The notes under the pieces: model-generated
What the model was told of the DNA's origin: nothing
Database searches by the model: none
What the model saw: the letters and a program-made list of their open reading frames with translations, nothing else
Part shown: positions 12,684 through 23,300 of the stretch, in pieces
Layout: every line of letters begins with the position of its first letter
Position numbering within the stretch: position 1 is the first letter of the stretch
Translations under genes and position numbers: made by a program
DNA from: Eledone cirrhosa
Lineage: Eukaryota
Length of the DNA stretch: 64,000 nt
Direction of reading: 5' to 3'
NCBI GenBank assembly: GCA_964016885.1
Contig: OZ024741.1
Coordinates: 197,346,001-197,410,000, forward strand

Positions 12684-12690
<7 letters not shown>
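10679..12690. repeat. 634-bp unit in partial tandem arrays arranged as a ~960-bp-arm palindrome (retrozyme-like)
   Basis: ataataatggagctgcggcg at 10681 and 11315 gives a period of 634. Arms ~10717-11677 and 11732-12690 are reverse complements with a ~54-nt spacer. Bounded by (TA)n, with no credible coding. Confidence 0.92.
12602..12679 (+). ncRNA. Putative permuted/pseudoknotted hammerhead ribozyme (copy A; also ~11970-12047 +, ~10728-10805 -, ~11362-11439 -)
   Basis: ttcgca ccaacc tg aggtat a tggccct taaagcgat GAAA tgcct gggac ggttgg agggtca CTGATGA aggactc. Stem III is 12616-21/12642-47, stem I is 12623-29/12659-65, and the predicted cut follows AUA at 12622. Confidence 0.6.
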
Positions 12691-12736
<46 letters not shown>

Positions 12737-12739
<3 letters not shown>

Positions 12740-12878
12740 GTAGAACACTGGAGGGTAATATCCGTAGTAGTAGAGCACTCAGTCCATGGGACATGTTTGG
12801 TAGAAGTAGTTACACAAAAGTTAGTTCACCATACCGAGATTTTGTTCTCGGTATGGTGAACTAACTGTTGTGTAACTA

Positions 12879-12881
<3 letters not shown>
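12737..12881. mobile_element. Second Penelope pLTR-derived fold-back fragment
   Basis: Starts like the 10428 copy (ggtagaacactgga.ggtaatatccgtagt). Near-perfect hairpin aagtagttacacaaaagttagttcaccataccgaga / tctcggtatggtgaactaactgttgtgtaactactt. The ribozyme core is lost. Confidence 0.75.
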
Positions 12882-12910
<29 letters not shown>

Positions 12911-12914
<4 letters not shown>

Positions 12915-13360
12915 GGTCGTCTGCTCCATACACAATTTGACCACTTCTTGCACTTCATGTCTGTTCCTTCTTGGCATGAGATCTCAAATGGCTTTGAAGT
13001 CCTGAAGACCCATGCAAAAATAATCTAATGATGTCTTATTTCGTTCTTGTGTCCACTTTGGGTTTGGGTTTGTATGTTCAGATGTCGCTTCAATCTACCA
13101 CCTGATTTGCAAATTTTCTGACAAGTATGGCACTGGAACTGATTCTCTGTAACGAAGTTTGAATAGTCAACTTGGACTTTACTATCATTTTAAAACCAAC
13201 ACTGGATAAGATTCATCGTTATTACTGTTGGTCTCATTCTTCCACAATTTTCTTTTCAGTTCTGCATTTCAAATGCTTCAACTCCATTCCAAATGGCATT
13301 TCTCCAGGCCACTCTAACTAATGAAAATGATTCAAGATTTTTGTAGGATATCTTAAGGCA
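12911..13360 (-). mobile_element. Degenerate 3' end of a zinc-finger RTE LINE
   Basis: Minus strand RVAWRNAIWNGVEAFE, FQCHTCQKICKSGGRLKRHL, SGLQSHLRSH. Parallels the C-terminus of the intact LINE at 59-62.6 kb and ends in (TA)n. Confidence 0.75.
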
Positions 13361-13372
13361 TTTTAATATATA

Positions 13373-14824
13373 TCTATCTATACATATATATATAAATATA
13401 TAAAACTGAAATTGTCTCTGTGTGTGTGTGTCCCCTAATTTTTGCAAAGTCTATACAAATCCAAATTTCTACTCCGATTGACTTCAAACTTGCATTTACA
13501 TATTCCTTGCGGTCTAAAGATATTAACTGCATCTTTTATTTTTAAATTTTCTATTAAAGTTGTTAAAGGCATGTTAGGCGCCAGTTATTGATCTCTCTCT
13601 CTTTCTTAGTCTGTCTTTTTAGATAGATACATAGCTATAACGTCGCGCCCTTATAATATCTGTCTGTATGTCTGGCTGTCTGCATTACGACATTATGACA
13701 AAAATTGATGTATTATCTTCGTTAGTTTCCGTTCATTGCCAGGGAACGTCTTCACGAACCAAAGTACCGTCTTCCTGTTTTCTTTCGGTTGCAACGTTTT
13801 TCGAAATATTTACTTCTGCGTTCACAGATTGATTTTCTTTAGTTTCAGAAGATCCCATTGAGGGTGAAAGCTGCGATTCTTTGCTTAAACTTTAATCTGT
13901 TATTTTAATATATATATATATATATAATTATATAATCGTGTACAGATATTTTTGCATACACAAAAACAAAATATAAACAAACGTATTTATTTCACGAAAG
14001 CACAGACGGCTTATCGCCATTGTTACTGCCGATATGCCACCCCAAAAGACCCACTACTTTTGGCACAAGGCTAGCAATAACATAGTCAACGGTTCGGAAA
14101 TCACATGCATCACTAACGAGTTTACTCCTTACTCTACCAGTTAGTCTTAGTGTACTTCGCCCTGCTTCGAAGGAAGAGATATTCCATTGGCCGAAATACT
14201 GCGAAAGCGGTAAGAAAAAGAACAAGGCGGGCAAACAAATCGTCAGTGGAATCTGCTATTCGACGGTGGCAAGTTGCTGAACGTACTGCCACCAGAAGAG
14301 TGCAAACAGACAACCAACGAACCATTCGCCGAACCGTGTCAGCTTTGCAATGTCTATCAACAAATTCCAGGGTCAGACCCTAGCTGTTGCTGGTCTTCGT
14401 TTGGAAGAGTCATGTTTTTCACACGGGCAACTATACGTTGGCTCCACAAGAGTGGGAAGCTAGACAAATCTCTTTGCATATGCCCGACACGGAAGAACAA
14501 GGAACATTGTGTACAAGGAGGTGCTACAATCATTGTTTAGGTAGACGAGACAGAAGTGGATATACACCTTTGGCTGAAGAAGGACGAGACTGTGTTAATA
14601 GTACGACCAACGGCTGCTATCACACCAACAACAGCAAAAGCAACAACAAAAAAGAGAGGAACGCAATTACATGCTTTTTAAAAATCTCAATGGAAAATTA
14701 TTTGCCTTAGCACAAAATGTAGACACCATCCCCAAGTCGAGGTATTCCGTACTTCTCTGTACTGTCTCAGAAAGGAGGGATAAACATGTTTATAAGTCCG
14801 AGCAACGCCGGGCCATTCTGCTAG
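13373..14824 (+). mobile_element. Non-autonomous, internally deleted Helitron with both termini
   Basis: 5' A|TCTATCTATAC…ATATAAAACTG at 13373. 3' ccg-agcaacgc-cgg hairpin then CTAG|T at 14821-14824. Helicase remnant SFAMSINKFQGQTLAVAGLRLEESCFSHGQLYVGSTRV at 14341-14460. Confidence 0.88.
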
Positions 14825-14855
<31 letters not shown>

Positions 14856-14889
14856 ATGTGTGCGCATATATATATATATATATTGATAA

Positions 14890-16640
14890 AAAAAAACTGC
14901 TGGGATGTTATATCCATAGTAAGTAGAGCACTCAGTCTAGAGGACCAGTTCGTTATAGAATTAATTCCACAACAAATTAGAAAACTATACTCGAGCGGAT
15001 TTTCAACGCGTGTATGGCTGTGGTGAGAACGGAAGTGTATATGAACTGACTGAATTCTGCGTGATAGACTGCGATATGTTGGTGATAAAGGAGTTAATTC
15101 AAATTAGAGTGATGCAAGAGAGAAATTTTTTGTTTGAGTTAGTTCATCCGGGCAAGAATTAGGGTTATCCCAGGTCTTTCAAGTTACGTGACAATTACTT
15201 CACAGCATGGGGACAGCCATTAAAAAAATCGGCTCCTGTGTTAATGCAAGTACTGTTACGTAGCTTCTGCAAGATATTCATTCTTTCATCAATACACAGC
15301 TTACAGGACATTTTCCAATTTCCATATGGCCTGGATCTGACCAGAACTTTCCATTAAATGGAGCAATTCACTCCTGCATCCTTGAGTGACCATATGTGGC
15401 TTGCCAGCTTCATGAACGATCGCTTATCTGAGAGTCTTAAGGTCGTCTGATAGTTAAGGAAGCGCTCTTTAAACCGGTTCTCCGACATGGCTACATATGT
15501 TTTGACCTCCTGCTGTTGATTTGGTCGAGTCATAGACTACTGCGGGTATTTTATACTGTTTTTGAAGAGGACATGCTTCTGGCTTTCTGCAAGAGCATCC
15601 GGATTGAGGAGAGCTCTTAGGGTTTTTACAGGAATATCCGAATATCACCCCGTGTCTATTGAAAATAGGTCTGTATTAAATGTCCTCTAGGAAGTGTTTG
15701 TCTGAGAGTGCCAAGAATTTCTTACCTACATAGGTTCTAACACTGAGCGAGAAGGATCGGCAGAACCAAATTATTTTTTAATTTCTCTTTCTCTTTCTAC
15801 TTCTAGTGTGATTAGGAGGGGATTAAGAAATTTTATCGCAGAAGCCGTTGTTGGTTAACGAAGTGTTACAGTAAGGTGCCGCTCTGTCAAAGATGTTAGA
15901 AGAAATATTAGAAATCCTTGTACTAATGTTTTTAACGAAGAGTTTAAAGACCGTAGGTGAGTGACACGAGTTCTTGTGTATATAAGTCAACTTTTCATTA
16001 AGTTTGGGAAAAGGCCCGAATGTGTGTTTGCGAAAGTCTAAATGGTTGTCTAAATAATCTAAGCTTGTCAGATTTATGGCTACGATGATCTTAACTCCTA
16101 ACTCATTGAACATAGCTATTAGGTCTTTTCTAAAACGGTCAAGGTAGTGACCGCTTTTATGGCTTGATAGAGTCAGACCGTCGTCGCGGTATAAACACGC
16201 GTGGAAGTTCGGGAATCCGGCTCGCAACGTATCTAATATGTATAATCCAACCAAATCACATATATCAGCACTATCGAATGAACCCACTCAGATAACGAAT
16301 AGTTCTGAGGTAGTTATTTTTTTTGTCCAGGCCACAGCATTACTTTAGAGGAGTTTTTTTTTGCAATGTGCAATGACCTGTATATCAATGTCATGGATGG
16401 TCGTATATGTATTGGCGATCTCCAATGCTTTATCCAATAGGGTCGCCGAGATCGACGGGTAAAAGTCCGTTCTGTCGAACTGGGTGAATTTAGTTTTGTT
16501 GGCGCTGAAGGAGTTGAACCACTTAACAACAGAGTCGCTGTTTTCTCACTCGGACAACTAGAATTTCTTCCTAATGGCCTTAACCAGTCCTCTAAGAATA
16601 GATTAGCTAACTAGCCCCATGTACGTACTGGATTCAACAG
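14890..16640 (-). mobile_element. 5'-truncated, decayed Penelope-like element (RT + GIY-YIG)
   Basis: QFDRTDFYPSISATLLDKALE, (M)GSFDSADICDLVGLYIL, LYRDDGL, YIHKNSCH, IIWFC, and a GIY-YIG remnant VKTYVAMSENRFKERF (~15440-15510). The 3' pLTR-like tail is homologous to the 10428/12737 fragments. Confidence 0.88.
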
Positions 16641-17176
16641 TCTACAAGTATCCTGGGGCCGTGTCCACGAGTGATGGAAGGTAGGAGGCTGAATTAAGTG
16701 CAAGAATTGCAGGAGCTGGTGCAGTAATGCAGAGCTTCAGCATTCAGTAATCAGAAAAAGAGAGGTCGGTGAAAAAGCCAAACTTGCTATCTTCAAATCA
16801 GTATTCGTGCCAACCCTCAACTATAGTCATGCATCTTGAGTAATGATCGAAAGAATACAATTGCGAATAGAAGCGGCCGAAATGGGGGTTCCTCCGAAGT
16901 ATCTATGGAGCAACGTTGCTCCATAGAGCGTGTAGCTCAGAGATCAGAGAGTCACTACTTCTCTGAATTGAGGGATATTATGGGCATGTGGTTAGAATGT
17001 TTTAGGAAAGAATCACTGGAGAGATTTTATAGGCAAATCCTGCCGGCAGGGGACCCAGGAGTAGACACCAAGCAAGATGGTTGGATAACATCCATGAAAT
17101 GGTGTGTATTCATTCTGAAGCGAGGCAAAATCAAACACGTGGACAGAATGGCAATAACTTCAGGAGAGGTCATGAA

Positions 17177-17178
<2 letters not shown>
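16640..17178 (+). mobile_element. Decayed 3' fragment of a Rex3/Expander-like RTE LINE
   Basis: YKYPGAVSTSDGR*EAELSARI, EKAKLAIFKSVFVPTLNYSH, RIEAAEMG, with stops and frameshifts. Confidence 0.8.
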
Positions 17179-17213
<35 letters not shown>

Positions 17214-17360
17214 GTATTTCCGTCGGAAAGGTATAGGAAAAAGACTGTTCTACAGAGCTTATTAGTTATGTAATAAACAACATAAGATAATTTATTTATT
17301 TACCAGTGGTTTCTTGAAGGCAGATGTTGTGTCTGTCTTCAGTCGTCAGAATGTATACGG

Positions 17361-17428
<68 letters not shown>

Positions 17429-18039
17429 TATATATGTATGTCTCCTATTTAACTGTCAAAATTTAGTAGAAAATGGGCGCATTTCCAGCTAGATCTCAAG
17501 CGCAAACTTAGGTGTAAAATATGTACAAAGATAAAGAAGCTGAAACTTTTCACTTCTCGGATTTCGTGGCTGTCAAATAACAAATATCCTATTATAGAAT
17601 CGATCAGAAGTCTCTGAAAAAACATAGCTGGTTACAAACATTCAAATGTTCACACACGCTTTAAATGCTGGAAACAGAGCTAGTGACGATGGTTTGAGAC
17701 AATTCTGTGACACCATGAATAATTTGCGTGTGAAGGCAAGTCAGCATATTATTTCACCGAGGTTAACTTTGTCTTTCACCCTTACGGGGTCGATAAAATT
17801 AATTCAAAAGAAAAACGGCATTGACATCGAAATTTGACTTCATTCCCGAATTAATGGCACAAAGATAATGACCTCGACTATTACTCAATATAAGATAATT
17901 AATAAATCCGATTAAACAATACGGTTATATATATATCATTTTAAGGCCTGCCGCTGTCATCGCGCTCTCTGACAACTTGAAATGATGTTCAAGAAAATCA
18001 ATGTATATTATACGCAAGAGATTACATTTCCCAATTCTA

Positions 18040-18101
18040 CTGCCCATAATTAGGCAAGTGCATTATACAGGGTTGCATATTATAGACGAATAAATACGGT
18101 A
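18040..18101. mobile_element. Possible Tc1/pogo-type MITE terminus
   Basis: …tattatagacgaataaatacggTA is the reverse complement of TACCGTATTTATTCGTCTATAA, a typical TcMar/pogo TIR start. The partner TIR was not found. Confidence 0.35.
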
Positions 18102-18724
18102 ATCACATAGCCGTTGAAACTGAAACTGAAACTTTGCTTATAATGCAGATGAATGTCATCATTCCTGTTTTCATTGTTGAATCAACAAACCTGAATATTA
18201 AGACCGCTCTAATAGTTTATTTGAAATGTGAACGTGAGAAGTAAGGTAATTCCAGCTTCACGATTTTAGACTTAGCTGGACTGCTTAATTAGAACACGGT
18301 AACTATTACTAAGTTCTATTGAATTGTTTCATCAAGCATGGTCTAGATAACGCTTACTAGAATCAGAATATTGGAGGAATTTGCTAGTAATGTGTCGAGT
18401 GTAAAGCTTGGAGTCTAACCCAGTGTTGCAACAATTTTCAAGCAACATTAGTCTGATGTAATAACATGATGTAATGAAATATTAAATGTTGTTTTGGGTG
18501 ATTTGAGAGAAGTTCACGGAATGAATCCTTTTCAATCATTTATATTTATAGGCGATCACTTCCAAATTGAAAGAAGCTTTGTCGATGTGCCTCTCAACTA
18601 AAACAACGAATTTGTAAAATAGGTCATGTTCTTTTGTGTACTAGGTAGAGTGAGGCTGTCAAGTTTCGAATAGTTTCGGCAATATGGCAATATTATGAAG
18701 CACCATGCCTTCGAACCAACAAGA

Positions 18725-18915
18725 AAGCCTTTATGTAGTCACTCAGCCTACCACTAAAATAACAGCCAATTTACCAACAAGGATCATCCAAACATTTTAA
18801 ACGTTTACAAACTGAATAATGTGGTCCGTAAGAAAATATGGGATGGTCATAGTTGGAATACTTTTATTAATAGACCCACTCGAAGAGGACCGACTTGGGG
18901 TAAACGACTACAACA
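18725..18915 (+). mobile_element. Old dispersed SINE-like repeat (other copies ~19690-19900 +, ~45925-46090 +, ~48915-49050 -)
   Basis: Shared tatgtagtcactc…aaata.cagccaa…gatggtc…gacttgggg.taaac.acaac pattern among copies. Confidence 0.55.
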
Positions 18916-20064
18916 AAAACCGAAATCGTTTCGGTATTGTTGATGCAGGCAGAGCTGTTGAAAACGGATCAAATATGCAAGAGCTTGAAGTATGTGGGCT
19001 TGGTTTATGGGTTCAAATTAAATAATGAGAACGTCAGACTGGGTACTTTATATTATTTAGGCGACACAATGGGTCAAATGGGCAGAATCTTGTAGTATAA
19101 GGGGTTGTTTAAATTAATCAGCGTTACTGACAGTGGTTTTGTCATCTTCAATGTAGATTGGTGCTGGAAAACGTTCAACTTAAAATATTTTCTCTTCTTA
19201 TTAAAGATGGTTGGCAGTTAGTGAAGATATATTTGGATGTTGTGATCATGCATCTTCATAGATATCGAGGATGTAAGTTCCCATGAATCTTAATATATAT
19301 TAGTACGTATATAAATTTCTGGCATAAAAGGAATATGTATAAGTAAGCGTGCATAAAAACGAAAACATTATACTGATTTACCATTAAATGAAATAGAGAC
19401 TAATGATTTCGGTGGTGCTCTTCTGTGTGGTCGTAATGGTGGTCATTTAGGATTTTTTTACATTTGAATAATGTCTGGTTTTCTTCTCTGTACTCTCAGA
19501 ACTGTACATTAAACACGTTAGATGAGAGACAATTTTCCGTTTGATCGAGATATATGCAACTTGCAGTTTTGAGGAAGACGTTTTCATTCCTAAAATTTAA
19601 CTTAACCATACAAACATAACAATACGAAAACTTTTACCCTTACTAACCTAATTAAGCAAAATATTCTGTGAGAGAAACAAGCTAACGAAGTCACCGCTAT
19701 AAAGTGTCACAAATTGTTAGAAACGACATCCAGTTCTCCCTCAGACCACACGCTACCATTAAATAACAAAGGGCAGTTTGGAAAAGGTTGTTCTAGATAC
19801 ACTGTATCAAAAATATCACAGAATGGTCCCGGTTGGAAAACCTTCGATCATCAATATGGACAACCAAGGGTAGAAAATATACAAGCGATAACAACAGCAA
19901 CAACCAAAACCACCTGCAAGAAAAAAATATCTGTATCTATACCAACAGTTATACTTACAATAAAAAGAGATTTTCTAAATTACTTTTAAGTTGATTAAAG
20001 TTAGAAATGTTCGCTAACTTAAGCAATACATTTGAGGAATAGAATTAATGTGTTACAATTACAA

Positions 20065-20385
20065 CTGATGGGTTACCACATCCAATGATGGGTTACCACT
20101 AACATTGAAGAGTTACCGCTACCATTGAAGGGTTACTATTGAAGGGTTACCACTACATGTGATGCGTTACCACTACCATTGAAAAGTTACCACTACCATT
20201 GATGGGTTACCACTGCCAATGATAGGTTACCACAACCGATGAAGGGTGACCACTAGCGTTTCTGGGTTACCACTACCATTAAAGAGTTACCACCTTCTGT
20301 GATGGGTTACCACTACCAATAATTGGTTACCATTGTTTGTGATGGTTTACTTCAACCTTTAATTAGTTATTGGTAGTGACCAATA
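20065..20385 (+). repeat. Degenerate 20-bp tandem repeat (gatgggttaccactaccatt), precursor of the 40-mer
   Basis: About 16 diverged 20-mers grading directly into the 40-bp array. Confidence 0.9.
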
Positions 20386-23300
20386 AAGGATTACCATTAC
20401 CTTTAAGATGTTACCACTACCAAAAAAGGATTAGCATTACGTTTAATAAGTTACCACTACCAATAAAGGATTACCTTTACCTTTAATAAGTTACCACTAC
20501 CAATAAAGGATTACCTTTACCTTTAATAAGTTACCACTACCAACAAAGGATTACCATTACCTTTAATAAGTTACCACTACCAACAAAGGATTACCATTAC
20601 CTTTAATAAGTTACCACTACCAACAAAGGATTAGCATTACCTTTAATAAGTTACCACTACCAACAAAGAATTACCATTACCTTTAATAAGTTACCACTAC
20701 CAACAAAGGATTACCATTACCTTTAATAAGTTACCACTACCAACAAAGAATTACCATTACCTTTAATAAGTTACCACTACCAACAAAGGATTACCATTAC
20801 CTTTAATAAGTTACCACTACCAACAAAGGATCACCATTACCTTTAATAAGTTACCACTACCAACAAAGGATTACCATTACCTTTAATAAGTTACCACTAC
20901 CAACAAAGGATTACCATTCTCTTTAATAAGTTACCACTACCAACAAAGGATCACCATTACCTTTAATAAGTTACCACTACCAACAAAGGACTGCCATTAC
21001 CTATAATAAGTTACCACAACCAATAAAGGACTGCCATTACCTTTAATAAGTTACCACTACCAACAAAGGACTGCCATTGCCTTTAATAAGTTACCACTAC
21101 CAACAAAGGATTACCTTTACCTTTAATAAGTTACCACAACCAATAAAGGACTGCCATTACCTTTAATAAGTTACCACTACCAACAAAGGATTACTATTAC
21201 CTTTAATAAGTTACCACTACCAACAAAGGACTGGCATTACCTTTAATAAGTTACCACTACCAACAAAGGATTACCATTACCTTTAATAAGTTACCACTAC
21301 CAATAAAGGATTACCATTACCTTTAATAAGTTACCACTAACAATAAAGGATTACCATTACCTTTAATAAGTTACCACTACCAACAAAGGATTACCATTAC
21401 CTTTAATAAGTTACCACTACCAACAAAGGATCACCATTACCTTTAATAAGTTACCACTACCAACAAAGGATTACCATTACCTTTAATAAGTTACCACTAC
21501 CAACAAAGGATTAGCTTTACCTTTAATAAGTTACCACTACCAACAAAGGATTAGCTTTACCTTTAATAAGTTACCACTACCAATAAAGGAGTGCCATTAC
21601 CTTTAATAAGTTACCACTACCAACAAAGGATTACCATTCTCTTTAATAAGTTACCACTACCAACAAAGTACTGCCATTACCTTTAATAAGTTACCACTAC
21701 CAACAAAGGATTACCATTACCTTTAATAAGTTACCACTACCAACAAAGGATTACCATTCTCTTTAATAAGTTACCACTACCAACAAAGGATCACCATTAC
21801 CTTTAATAAGTTACCACTACCAACAAAGGATTACCATTACCTTTAATAAGTTACCACTACCAACAAAGGATTACCATTCTCTTTAATAAGTTACCACTAC
21901 CAACAAAGGATCACCATTACCTTTAATAAGTTACCACTACCAACAAAGGACTGCCATTACCTATAATAAGTTACCACAACCAATAAAGGACTGCCATTAC
22001 CTTTAATAAGTTACCACTACCAACAAAGGACTGCCATTGCCTTTAATAAGTTACCACTACCAACAAAGGATTACCTTTACCTTTAATAAGTTACCACAAC
22101 CAATAAAGGACTGCCATTACCTTTAATAAGTTACCACTACCAACAAAGGATTACTATTACCTTTAATAAGTTACCACTACCAACAAAGGACTGCCATTAC
22201 CTTTAATAAGTTACCACTACCAACAAAGGATTACCATTACCTTTAATAAGTTACCACTACCAATAAAGGATTACCATTACCTTTAATAAGTTACCACTAA
22301 CAATAAAGGATTACCATTACCTTTAATAAGTTACCACTACCAACAAAGGATTACCATTACCTTTAATAAGTTACCACTACCAACAAAGGATCACCATTAC
22401 CTTTAATAAGTTACCACTACCAACAAAGGATTACCATTACCTTTAATAAGTTACCACTACCAACAAAGGATTAGCTTTACCTTTAATAAGTTACCACTAC
22501 CAACAAAGGATTAGCTTTACCTTTAATAAGTTACCACTACCAATAAAGGAGTGCCATTACCTTTAATAAGTTACCACTACCAACAAAGGATTACCATTCT
22601 CTTTAATAAGTTACCACTACCAACAAAGTACTGCCATTACCTTTAATAAGTTACCACTACCAACAAAGGATTCCCATTCTCTTTAATAAGTTACCACTAC
22701 CAACAAAGTACTGCCATTACCTTTAATAAGTTACCATTACCAACAAAGGATTACCATTACCTTTAAAAAGTTACCACTACCAACAAAGCATTGCCATTAC
22801 CTTTAATAAGTTACCACTACCAACAAAGGATTACCTTTACCTTTAATAAGTTACCACTATCAACAAAGGATTACCATTACCTTATATAAGTTACCACTAC
22901 CAATAAATGATTACCATTACCTTTAATAAGTTACCACTACCAACAAAGGATTACCTTTACCTTTAATAAGTTACCACTGCCAACAAAGGATTACCATTAC
23001 CTTTAATAAGTTACCACTACCAATAAAGGATTACCATTACCTTTAATAAGTTACCACTACAAACAAAGGATTACCATTACCTTTAATAAGTTACCACTAC
23101 CAAGAAATGATTAACATTACCTTTAATAAGTTACCACTAACAATAAAGGATTACCATTACCTTTAATAAGTTACCACTACAAACAAAGGATTACCATTAC
23201 CTTTAATGAGTTACCACTACCAACAAAGGATTACCATTACCTTTAATAAGTTACCACTACCAACAAAGGATTACCATTACCTTTAATAAGTTACCACTAC

